Positions 7,838 through 15,954 of a stretch of DNA of 35,535 nucleotides are shown here, one piece after another. Under the pieces are notes generated by a model, which worked only from the letters and a program-made list of their open reading frames with translations, did no database searches and was not told the DNA's origin. Location of the stretch: assembly GCA_918290775.1 (NCBI GenBank), contig CAKJZF010000017.1, forward strand, positions 1-35,535, read 5' to 3'. How positions within the stretch are numbered: the first letter of the stretch is position 1; each line of letters opens with the position of its first letter. The position numbers were made by a program, and so were the translations under genes. Source of the DNA: Clostridiales bacterium. Its GTDB lineage: Bacteria > Bacillota > Clostridia > Oscillospirales > CAG-272.

Positions 7838-8983
7838 ATGAAGGACAATCGTTGCGGAGAACTCAGTGTGATCGGCATGAAGGGATGTGAACAATTCGCA
7901 AGCCAGGTGGATTACTATCTCAGAGATTGGCGTCGCCACGGAGGGGATGACACATTTCTGATTGAGGCAAACTGCCCGAGATTCGGTTCGGGCGAGGCGA
8001 AGGGAATGATCAGCGAATCCATGCGCGGAAAGGATGTTTTCATCATCTGCGACACCTTTAACTACGGTGTGACCTACAAGATGTACGGGCAGATGGTTCC
8101 CATGAGCCCTGATGATCACTACGCGGATCTCAAACGTATCATTGCAGCCATCGGCGGAAAGGCGCGGCGCATCACCGTTATCATGCCCATGCTTTATGAG
8201 GGCAGACAGCACCGCAGAGCGCACAGAGAGTCTCTCGACTGCGCCCTGATGCTCCAGGAATTGGTTTCTATGGGCGTTTCCAACATTCTGACTTTCGACG
8301 CGCATGATCCCCGCATCTGCAACGCGATCCCGCTTTCCGGCTTTGATAACGTTCAGCCGACCTATCAGATGATCAAGTCGCTTGTCCGTGCGGTCCCGGA
8401 TGTTGTGATCGACAAGGATCACGCCGCCATCATTTCCCCGGACGAGGGAGCGATGCACCGTTGTATGTATTATAGCTCGGTGTTGGGTCTTGACATCGGA
8501 ATGTTCTACAAACGCCGCAACTATTCGATCGTTGTCAACGGCAGAAACCCCATTGAGGCGCATGAATACCTCGGGCAGGATCTTCACGGCAAGGACGCCA
8601 TCGTTGTGGATGACATGATTTCTTCGGGCGATTCGATGATTGACGTTTGCAAACAGCTCAAGGAGAAGGGCGCGGCACGCGTGTTCTGCTTTGCAACGTT
8701 CGGGCTGTTTACAGAAGGTTGCGATAAATTCGATCAGGCGTTTAAGGACGGCGTGATCGACCGGGTACTCACAACCAATTTGGTTTACCGTCGTCCCGAG
8801 TTGGCGGAAAAACCTTGGTATGTGGAGGTCAATATGTGCAAGTATGTGGCATATCTGATTGACACACTCAACAACGATGAAAGTATCAGTGCGCTTCTTA
8901 ACCCCGTCAAGCGCATTCAGACCCTGATGGACAAGCACCGCAGTGCGCTGGCTTCGCAAATGCAGATGTCCTTCGACAAGTAA
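7838..8983 (+). CDS. prs: Ribose-phosphate pyrophosphokinase
   Basis: RFGSGE, LYEGRQ, FDAHD, ISPDEGA, FYKRR, VVDDMISSGDS PRPP loop; ATG 7838 behind GGAGGT. Confidence 0.93.
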   Translation: MKDNRCGELSVIGMKGCEQFASQVDYYLRDWRRHGGDDTFLIEANCPRFGSGEAKGMISESMRGKDVFIICDTFNYGVTYKMYGQMVPMSPDDHYADLKRIIAAIGGKARRITVIMPMLYEGRQHRRAHRESLDCALMLQELVSMGVSNILTFDAHDPRICNAIPLSGFDNVQPTYQMIKSLVRAVPDVVIDKDHAAIISPDEGAMHRCMYYSSVLGLDIGMFYKRRNYSIVVNGRNPIEAHEYLGQDLHGKDAIVVDDMISSGDSMIDVCKQLKEKGAARVFCFATFGLFTEGCDKFDQAFKDGVIDRVLTTNLVYRRPELAEKPWYVEVNMCKYVAYLIDTLNNDESISALLNPVKRIQTLMDKHRSALASQMQMSFDK

Positions 8984-8992
8984 TCAGGGAAT

Positions 8993-9036
8993 CCAAAAAG
9001 GCAGACCGCGCGGTAAAGCGCGGTCTGTCTTTTTGG
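8993..9036. terminator. Bidirectional terminator between prs and the AraC gene
   Basis: CCAAAAAGGCAGACCGCGC-GGTAAA-GCGCGGTCTGTCTTTTTGG. Confidence 0.88.
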
Positions 9037-9046
9037 TTGCCAGAGT

Positions 9047-9838
9047 TCAGTGCTTTTCGGAAACCTCTCGGCGATATTGCGTCGGGGTCATTCCGTAGTA
9101 ACGCTTGAACAACTCGCGAAAATAGATGGCGGAAGAATAGCCGGTTGCGGATAAAAGCGTTTCCATAGAAACATCGCCGCGGCGAAGGAGCTTTGTGGCG
9201 AGATCCAGGCGGATCTCGTTGCGGTAGTCGGTGGGAGAGATGTTCCATTCGCGCTTAAAAACATGGTGCAGATGGGACTCACTGACATGACAGGCGGCGG
9301 CAAGGTCGGCAACCGTATAGTTTTGCGCAAAGTTGGCGCGGATATAGCTTACGGCGGCAGTGAGGATCGCGGATCCAGTGGGGTCGGTTTCCGGCGTCAG
9401 ATACGGGAGTGCATCTGAAAGGAGCGCAAACAGTTCCGATAGCGCACGCAACTGTTTCGTCTTCGTCCCCTCCATCATGTTCTCAATGGCGCGAATGCGG
9501 TCGCCCGTTTTGGTAACGGAGAGAAAAGGAATGTGGGCGGGGTGGAAACGAAGGGGGGAATCTCCGCTTTCGGTCAGGTGGATCATGCAATATTCGATCT
9601 CTGGAGTACCTGTCCAGCGGGAGCGGTAGCGCGTTCCGGCGGGTAGAAAAAAGAAACTGCCGGTGGGAAGATTCAAAATTTCGTGTCCTGTCTCCAGATG
9701 TGTTTCACCCTGTAGAATATAGCCGAAGCTGGTGTGAATTTTACCGGCGCTTCCGTCGCAAAAATGGGCGGTTGCATAGCGCATATGCCGAACGGAAATA
9801 TCTTCAAAATGAATATCGGCAATTCGTTTGATCTCCAT
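9047..9838 (-). CDS. AraC-family transcriptional regulator
   Basis: Cupin-like N terminus; C-terminal LAAACHVSESHLHHVFK..SP..Y..IRL..GYSSAIYFRELFKRYYGMTPTQYR; ATG 9838 behind GGAG. Confidence 0.92.
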   Translation of the reverse strand: MEIKRIADIHFEDISVRHMRYATAHFCDGSAGKIHTSFGYILQGETHLETGHEILNLPTGSFFFLPAGTRYRSRWTGTPEIEYCMIHLTESGDSPLRFHPAHIPFLSVTKTGDRIRAIENMMEGTKTKQLRALSELFALLSDALPYLTPETDPTGSAILTAAVSYIRANFAQNYTVADLAAACHVSESHLHHVFKREWNISPTDYRNEIRLDLATKLLRRGDVSMETLLSATGYSSAIYFRELFKRYYGMTPTQYRREVSEKH

Positions 9839-9874
9839 TGGCAATTCTCCCCAAAAAGCAGATTTGTTTTTTTA

Positions 9875-9903
9875 ATTATACACGCTTAAACAAACAATGT
9901 CAA
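9875..9903 (-). promoter_or_regulatory. Consensus sigma-A promoter for the AraC gene
   Basis: Minus strand TTGACA-17 nt-TATAAT. Confidence 0.8.
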
Positions 9904-9951
9904 GCACTATTTATCAAAATACCAGTCTTCACTTTCTGTGCGATCTTTCTA

Positions 9952-9980
9952 TTGACAAAAACGGGCGGTTATGATATAAT
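9952..9980 (+). promoter_or_regulatory. Consensus sigma-A promoter for trkA-trkH
   Basis: TTGACA-17 nt-TATAAT with extended TG. Confidence 0.82.
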
Positions 9981-10047
9981 TATAGAATATAGTAGAATAA
10001 CGGTTTACAAATAGGAAAGAGCTTTTGGGATGTGAGAGGAGAGCGAA

Positions 10048-11406
10048 ATGAAAATTCTCATTGCAGGTGACGGCAAACTCGGAGAAACACTTTCGAGACA
10101 ACTCTCCGCGGAGGGGCACGAAATCACCTTGGTGGATTCGAACCCCGCTGTTTTGGAGTCGAGTGTCAATCGCTATGACGTGATTGCGGTGCAAGGGAAC
10201 TGTGCCGCGATGGATGTTCTTCGAGATGCAGGCGTTGAGAGCGCGGATCTATTGATCGCGGTCACCGGGACAGATGAGGTTAACCTTCTTTGCTGCAGCA
10301 CGGCGCACTGGATCAATCCCAACCTGCATACCATCGCACGCATCCGAAATCCCGAGTATTCCGAGCAGGCGTATGCCATGAAGGACGCGTTTGCCATCTC
10401 CATGACGGTCAATCCCGACCAGCAAGCGGCAATCGAGATCGAGCGATTACTCAAATACCCCGGCTTTCTCAAGCGTGACAGCTTTGCAAAGGGACGGATG
10501 GAGATCGTGGAGCTTCGGCTGGAGGAAGGCAGCAAACTCTGCAACGTGATGTTAAGCTCGCTCAACAGCATTGTCAAATGTAAGGTGTTGGTTTGTGCGG
10601 TCGTTCGGAACGGCACCGCAGTTACGCCGGACGGTAATTTCGTCCTGATGGAAGGGGATCGGCTGTTTGTAACCGCCCCGACCGACACGCTCTCGGTACT
10701 CCTGAAAAATCTCGGCATCATCACCCATCGTGTTCAGCGGGTCATGATCGTCGGTGGCGGTAAGGTGAGCTACTATCTTGCCGATGCCCTTCAAAAAAGC
10801 CATATCGACGTGCAACTAATCGAGCGTAGCGAGGAACGTTGCCTTGCGCTCGCCGATCAACTGCCGAACATCAACGTTATCCGCGGCGACGCGAGCGACC
10901 AATCGGTGCTGGAGAGCGAAGGGCTTGCTTCCAGTTCGGCTTTGGTTGCGCTGACGGGACTGGACGAACTGAATATGGTCGTCGCACTGTACGGCAAGCG
11001 CAATAACGTTCCGCAGATTATCACCAAAATGAGCCGCATTGAGGATACTTCGGTCATCGACAGCCTCTCGTTGGGGAGCGTCATCAGCCCGCGCAATCTT
11101 TGTTGCAATACCATTGTGCGGTATGTCCGTGCCATGCAGAATCAGGTTGGCGCGGCAATCACTGTGCATTCCATCGCGGACGGCAAGGCGGAGGCAACCG
11201 AATTCTTGATTGATGATGAAACGCCGCATTGTGGAGAGCCTCTCAAAACGTTGAAGTTGCGCGAGAATGTGCTGGTGGTTGGAATCAATCGGGGCAACAC
11301 CACCGAGATTCCGAACGGTGATTCCACCTTTCATGCCGGAGATTCGGTTGTGATCGTTTCCACCGGGACTGGCGTGATCGGTCATTTCGGCGATATTTTC
11401 GCGTAA
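10048..11406 (+). CDS. trkA: Trk potassium uptake regulatory subunit TrkA
   Basis: Two RCK units with IAGDGKLG and IVGGGKVS nucleotide-binding motifs; 452 aa; directly upstream of trkH. Confidence 0.95.
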   Translation: MKILIAGDGKLGETLSRQLSAEGHEITLVDSNPAVLESSVNRYDVIAVQGNCAAMDVLRDAGVESADLLIAVTGTDEVNLLCCSTAHWINPNLHTIARIRNPEYSEQAYAMKDAFAISMTVNPDQQAAIEIERLLKYPGFLKRDSFAKGRMEIVELRLEEGSKLCNVMLSSLNSIVKCKVLVCAVVRNGTAVTPDGNFVLMEGDRLFVTAPTDTLSVLLKNLGIITHRVQRVMIVGGGKVSYYLADALQKSHIDVQLIERSEERCLALADQLPNINVIRGDASDQSVLESEGLASSSALVALTGLDELNMVVALYGKRNNVPQIITKMSRIEDTSVIDSLSLGSVISPRNLCCNTIVRYVRAMQNQVGAAITVHSIADGKAEATEFLIDDETPHCGEPLKTLKLRENVLVVGINRGNTTEIPNGDSTFHAGDSVVIVSTGTGVIGHFGDIFA

Positions 11407-11422
11407 AACGGGGAGATCGCTT

Positions 11423-12883
11423 ATGAATTACCGTATGATTGGAAGGATCAACGCTTTCATTTTGCTCATCGAAGGCGTATTTATGATTCCGGCGTTGATT
11501 TTTGCGTTAGCGGATCGAGATTTCACGGTTGCGAGATCGTTTGTGATCACCATCGGCGCCATCGTGGTTTTTTCCGGTCTCCTGCTTTTGATTTGCCGGC
11601 GGGCAAAGCGCGGGTTTTACGCGCGGGAAGGATTTGTGTGCGTTGGGATTGGTTGGATTTTGATCAGTTTGTTCGGGTCGGTTCCATATTGGCTTTCGGG
11701 GCAGATTCCGAATGTGATCAACGCAATTTTTGAGACCGTTTCCGGCTTGACCACAACCGGGGCTTCCGTAGTTCCGGCGGTGGAGGATCTCGCGCGTGCG
11801 ATCAACTATTGGAGATGCTTTACCCACTGGCTCGGTGGTATGGGCGTGCTGGTTTTCCTGTTGGCGGTTGCGCCTATCGGCGAACAGAGCGAGGGCTTTA
11901 CCATGCACCTTTTGCGTGCGGAAAGCCCGGGGCCGAGCGTTGGCAAGCTCGTTCCGAGAATGCGGCGGACGGCAGGGATCCTGTATATTATCTACATTTT
12001 ATTGACCTTTACCGCTTTTTTGTTTCTGCTTTGCGGCGGAATGCCGGCGTTCGATTCGCTTTGCACTGCGTTTGCAACGGCGGGGACGGGCGGATTCGGC
12101 GTGAAGAATGACAGCATCGCAAGCTACAGTCCGTATATTCAGAATGTTTGCACGGTGTTCATGCTCCTGTTCGGAGTCAATTTCAGTTGCTATTATCTGA
12201 TTTTGCTCCGTCAGGTCAGGAGCGTGCTCAAGGATGAAGAGTTCCGCCTCTATTGGGGAATCGTGATCGGCGCAACGCTTCTGATCGCATGGAATCTGAC
12301 GCGGGTTGCCATGTACGCAACCTTCGGAGAAACCTTGCGTCATTCGGCGTTTCAGGTTGCTTCCGTCCTTACAACCACAGGTTTCGCGACGACCGATTTT
12401 GACCTTTGGCCGACCTTTTCAAAAGCAATTTTGCTTTGCCTGATGGCACTTGGCGCATGCGCGGGCAGTACCGGCGGCGGTCTCAAATGTGCGCGGTTAC
12501 TTCTGCTTCTCAAAGCCTTGCGCCGCAACATCGGGCAACTCCTGCACCCAAACAGCGTTAAGGTTATTCACGTCAACGGCAGACAGGTTGACGAGCGAAC
12601 CATTGCAAACACCAACGCCTATCTTGCCGCGTATGTTGCCATCTTGCTGGCAAGCTTTTTTCTGGTTTCCATCGACAATGTTTCGGTTTTAACAAGTTTT
12701 ACGGCGGTTCTTTCCTGTATGAACAATATCGGACCGGGCTTGGACGCGGTCGGCCCCAGCTGCAACTATGCGGGATTAGGAGCTCTTTCCAAGATCGTTC
12801 TGATCATTGATATGCTTGCCGGGCGACTGGAGATTTTTCCGATTCTCGTGCTGTTCAGCAGAAGGACATGGAAGCGCTATTGA
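11423..12883 (+). CDS. trkH: Trk potassium uptake permease TrkH
   Basis: Four pore loops SGLTTTGAS, TAGTGGFG, TTTGFA, NNIGPG; AGSTGGGLK; MLAGRLEIFP. Confidence 0.95.
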   Translation: MNYRMIGRINAFILLIEGVFMIPALIFALADRDFTVARSFVITIGAIVVFSGLLLLICRRAKRGFYAREGFVCVGIGWILISLFGSVPYWLSGQIPNVINAIFETVSGLTTTGASVVPAVEDLARAINYWRCFTHWLGGMGVLVFLLAVAPIGEQSEGFTMHLLRAESPGPSVGKLVPRMRRTAGILYIIYILLTFTAFLFLLCGGMPAFDSLCTAFATAGTGGFGVKNDSIASYSPYIQNVCTVFMLLFGVNFSCYYLILLRQVRSVLKDEEFRLYWGIVIGATLLIAWNLTRVAMYATFGETLRHSAFQVASVLTTTGFATTDFDLWPTFSKAILLCLMALGACAGSTGGGLKCARLLLLLKALRRNIGQLLHPNSVKVIHVNGRQVDERTIANTNAYLAAYVAILLASFFLVSIDNVSVLTSFTAVLSCMNNIGPGLDAVGPSCNYAGLGALSKIVLIIDMLAGRLEIFPILVLFSRRTWKRY

Positions 12884-12894
12884 GCGGATAAAAG

Positions 12895-12940
12895 ATTATG
12901 AAACGGTATACCGCCGACCAGGGGTATACCGTTTCATAAT
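12895..12940. terminator. 18-bp inverted repeat between convergent trkH and the 124-aa gene
   Basis: ATTATGAAACGGTATACC (12895-12912) and GGTATACCGTTTCATAAT (12923-12940), T-run after; overlaps the stop of the minus-strand gene. Confidence 0.8.
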
Positions 12941-13308
12941 TTTTCAAGCTGTGCAGATTCGGATGCGATCATGTAGCGCGTTTCCAGGCGGTCGCGGTGA
13001 CGCCTGACAAAGCGGGCGGTCTTTTGCGTTGTCGGAATCAGGTAGAGAACGGTTTCGGTGTTTCGGACGCTGTCCGCGAAGTCCTCGAGCGCGATCAACA
13101 ACAGCTCGTCGCGGGAAAAACCATGAATGGTGTGAAATTTCATGATCAGAGAAAACCGATGCAAAAGAGGGATTCGCTCACAGAAAACATGGGAGATGAC
13201 GCGGTTGCTGCCAAAGAACCGCTTTGCGATCTCTCGTGTTCGCTGTGAATAGCCAAGCAAAATCGGCGCCGCTTCTTTCCAAAACAGATTGCCTTCGTTC
13301 GCGTCCAT
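12934..13308 (-). CDS. Hypothetical protein resembling the N-terminal domain of D-aspartate ligase / carboxylate-amine ligases
   Basis: AGGAGG RBS; PILLG..IAKRFF..SHVF..L..AL.DFA..LYLIPTT..FV..HR..LE..Y.I pattern; no ATP-grasp core. Confidence 0.65.
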   Translation of the reverse strand: MDANEGNLFWKEAAPILLGYSQRTREIAKRFFGSNRVISHVFCERIPLLHRFSLIMKFHTIHGFSRDELLLIALEDFADSVRNTETVLYLIPTTQKTARFVRRHRDRLETRYMIASESAQLEKL

Positions 13309-13406
13309 TCAGCCATCCCTCCTGTCTGCCTCTTTCATTTTATCATATTTGGGTCTGTAAAGAAAGCCCAAAACGGAAATTTTTCCAAAAAAAATTTTCC
13401 AAAAGC

Positions 13407-13435
13407 TTGCAATTGTCCGTTCTTTTCATTATAAT
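13407..13435 (+). promoter_or_regulatory. Sigma-A-type promoter for the GNAT gene
   Basis: TTGCAA-17 nt-TATAAT preceded by A/T tracts. Confidence 0.7.
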
Positions 13436-13470
13436 GATAAATGAAACGGCTTACATAAAGGATGGAACCC

Positions 13471-14058
13471 ATGAAGAAGGAATTGATTTATCGAACGTTC
13501 TCGCACCTGCCGGAGCTACACACCGATCGGCTGATCCTGCGGAAGATGCTGGTCAGTGACGCCGCGGATATGTTCGAATACGCACGCCGTGAGGATGTGA
13601 CGCGGTATCTGACGTGGAATCCGCACCCGGATCGGTTGTATACCCGTGAATATTTAGAGTACATCGGCGGGCGCTATTCCGCGGGGATGTTTTATGACTG
13701 GGCAATCGAATATGAACCGGATCGGAAGATGATCGGTACCTGTGGTTTTACCGCCTTCAATTGTACCCATGACAGCGCCGAGGTCGGCTATGTTCTCAAC
13801 CCTGCCTACTGGGGAAAGGGCATTGCCTCGGAGGCGCTGGCTCGCGTCCTGCGCTTCGGCTTCGAGAAATTGCACCTGCACCGCATTGAAGCCAAATTCA
13901 TGAACGGAAATGAGCGTTCGCGTAGGGTGATGGAGAAGGCGGGAATGACCTTTGAGGGCTATCAGCGCGATGCGATGAGGGTCAAGGGACTATATGTCAC
14001 GGTCGGCGTCTGCTCGATCCTTGCCGCCGAATGGCGCATGGCGAATCCGCCGATCTGA
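13471..14058 (+). CDS. GNAT N-acetyltransferase, RimJ/RimL family
   Basis: LHTDRLILR, MIGTCG, AEVGYVL..YWGKGIASEAL, NERSRRVMEKAGMTFEG. Confidence 0.9.
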   Translation: MKKELIYRTFSHLPELHTDRLILRKMLVSDAADMFEYARREDVTRYLTWNPHPDRLYTREYLEYIGGRYSAGMFYDWAIEYEPDRKMIGTCGFTAFNCTHDSAEVGYVLNPAYWGKGIASEALARVLRFGFEKLHLHRIEAKFMNGNERSRRVMEKAGMTFEGYQRDAMRVKGLYVTVGVCSILAAEWRMANPPI

Positions 14059-14060
14059 AC

Positions 14061-14102
14061 AAAAAAATGCCTGCGGGGCAATTGCCCCGCAGGCATTTTT
14101 TT
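14061..14102. terminator. Perfect 42-bp palindrome, bidirectional terminator between GNAT and permease
   Basis: AAAAAAATGCCTGCGGGGCAATTGCCCCGCAGGCATTTTTTT. Confidence 0.9.
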
Positions 14103-14116
14103 CGGAAACGGGAGAA

Positions 14117-15556
14117 TTACTCCGCGTCGTCCGTCTTGCTTACCGTTGCAAGTTCCGCTTCTGTGGGTGCTTCAACAGTCTCCTGCTTTTCATCGCCTTT
14201 TTTGCGAATGTTGAGAAGCAGGTTGGTCAGAATACCGAGGATCAAAGCCGCGGCAACTTCGGTGATGGTCACTTTCCAGAACTTGAGTGCCATGCCGCCG
14301 ATACCTGTAATGAGAATCACAGAGACAGTGAAGAGATTGCGGTTGTCGCCGAGGTCAACATTCTGGATCATCTTCAAACCGGAAACGGCAATGAAGCCGT
14401 AGAGCGCGATGCACACACCACCCATTACGCAGGCGGGAATGGTGGCGAGGAAGGTGACGAAGGGAGCGATAAACGCCATCACAATCGCCATGCAGGCGGT
14501 TACAAAGATGGTCACAACCGAAGCATTGCCGGAGATTGCTACGCAACCAATAGATTCACCATAGGTGGTGTTGGGGCAGCCGCCGAAGAACGCGCCCGCC
14601 ATAGAGCCAACGCCGTCGCCGAGCAGGGTGTTGGAGAGACCGGGATCTTCCAGCAGATCCTTCTCGATGATCGAGGAGATGTTCTTATGGTCGGCGAGGT
14701 GCTCAGCAAAGACCACAAACGCAACCGGAATGTAAGCAACCGCAACCGTTCCGAGGTAGCCGGGGGTGAGATCTTTGAAGCCCTTGAACGCCCTGATAAA
14801 GGAGAAATCGGGAACCCATTTCATATTATTAAAGATCGAGAAATCAATGATAATGAATTGCTCAATGCCGGAAATGTGACCGATTACGGTGAAGATTGTT
14901 GCAACGATGTAACCCGCCAGAATTCCCAAAACGAAGGGGATCATTTTCATCATCTTCTTGCCAAACACCGAGCAAACCATCACGGTGCCGAGGGTGACCA
15001 GTGCGCAGAACAAGCAGAAGACGCCATGTTTGTTCATCACATATGCACCGTTCGCCGAGCTGTAGGCAACGCTCACAGCGTCACCAACCGCATTACCGGC
15101 AAGCGAAAGACCGATGATTGCAACCGTGGGGCCAACCACAACCGCGGGCATCAGCTTGGAGATCCACTTGACGCCGACTTTCTTGGTGATCAGCGCGATG
15201 ACCACGTAGACCAGTCCTGCGAAGATCGCACCGAAGAGCAGACCGAGATAGCCAACCTTCATCGAAGCCGCACCGGCAAATGCAGCGAACATCGGACCGA
15301 TGAATGCAAAGGAAGAACCGAGGAACACGGGGCTTTTGAACTTGGTGAAGCAGAGGTACACCAAAGTACCGACGCCAGCGCCGAACAGGGCGGCGGACTG
15401 GGACATCTCGACCCTTCCCCCCAACATGTTGTTGATGATCGCGGGAACGGCGATGGTTGCGGCAAGGATTGCGAGCAACTGTTGCAGAGCGAACAAAGCA
15501 ACCTTGCCGTAACCAATGTCGCGCGGTTTCGCGTCTACATTGTAAACGAGTTTCAT
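14117..15556 (-). CDS. uraA: NCS2/NAT nucleobase permease (UraA/PyrP uracil-xanthine family)
   Basis: PVFLGSSFAF, AEHLAD, LLGDG, PNTTYGESIG signature, GFIAVSGLK; start MKLVY at 15556 behind GGAGG, not 15880. Confidence 0.9.
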   Translation of the reverse strand: MKLVYNVDAKPRDIGYGKVALFALQQLLAILAATIAVPAIINNMLGGRVEMSQSAALFGAGVGTLVYLCFTKFKSPVFLGSSFAFIGPMFAAFAGAASMKVGYLGLLFGAIFAGLVYVVIALITKKVGVKWISKLMPAVVVGPTVAIIGLSLAGNAVGDAVSVAYSSANGAYVMNKHGVFCLFCALVTLGTVMVCSVFGKKMMKMIPFVLGILAGYIVATIFTVIGHISGIEQFIIIDFSIFNNMKWVPDFSFIRAFKGFKDLTPGYLGTVAVAYIPVAFVVFAEHLADHKNISSIIEKDLLEDPGLSNTLLGDGVGSMAGAFFGGCPNTTYGESIGCVAISGNASVVTIFVTACMAIVMAFIAPFVTFLATIPACVMGGVCIALYGFIAVSGLKMIQNVDLGDNRNLFTVSVILITGIGGMALKFWKVTITEVAAALILGILTNLLLNIRKKGDEKQETVEAPTEAELATVSKTDDAE

Positions 15557-15761
15557 TTCTTTTCCTCCAAGAAATTTTAATTTATCAAAACGGCTCGTTT
15601 GTAACCGTTGTGACCCGTGTTGCGCTCCGGCGGCAAGGCAAAGAGAAAACACCGCCGATGAAATGATCTGTTGTAGGAAAAAACAGGATTTCGGCAGTGC
15701 TAGCGCCATGGAACTATTAAATTCTCGCCACCAACGCATCCGCCGTTTGTGATCTTGACTA
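15557..15761 (-). promoter_or_regulatory. About 200-nt structured 5' leader of the permease with an attenuator-like hairpin
   Basis: CACUGCCGA (15699-15691) pairs with UCGGCGGUG (15658-15650), inner CUGUU/AACAG stem, followed by UUUUCUCUUU. Confidence 0.5.
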
Positions 15762-15767
15762 TATTTA

Positions 15768-15795
15768 AGTATACCATACATTTTGGAAATGTCAA
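15768..15795 (-). promoter_or_regulatory. Sigma-A-type promoter for the permease
   Basis: Minus strand TTGACA-16 nt-TATACT with extended TG. Confidence 0.75.
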
Positions 15796-15883
15796 CCCCT
15801 TTTTCAACTTTTTTTAGTATTTTCGTAAATCTTGTCGAAATGGAGAAGATTTGTCTTTTTCGGTTTGATTTTTTCGGCAAATT

Positions 15884-15913
15884 GTTCTAAATAGCCGAAG
15901 CCGTCCGTATACT
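15884..15913 (+). promoter_or_regulatory. Putative sigma-E promoter for spoIVA
   Basis: TTCTAAA-15 nt-CGTATACT; spoIVA is a known sigma-E gene. Confidence 0.5.
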
Positions 15914-15954
15914 GTACCAAACTTTGACCGAGGGAAAACAGGGGAGGTATTGAA

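Noticed and set aside
6170-8959. Long antisense ORFs over rhaB (496 aa) and prs (388 aa), and similar ones over the permease, spoIVA, oppA and tig
   Set aside because: They mirror well-supported genes and show no motifs or expression signals.
15557-15880. 108-codon in-frame N-terminal extension of the permease (587-aa ORF)
   Set aside because: It crosses the gene's own promoter, and the strong GGAGG sits before 15556. In-frame ATGs in the leader lack a usable RBS.
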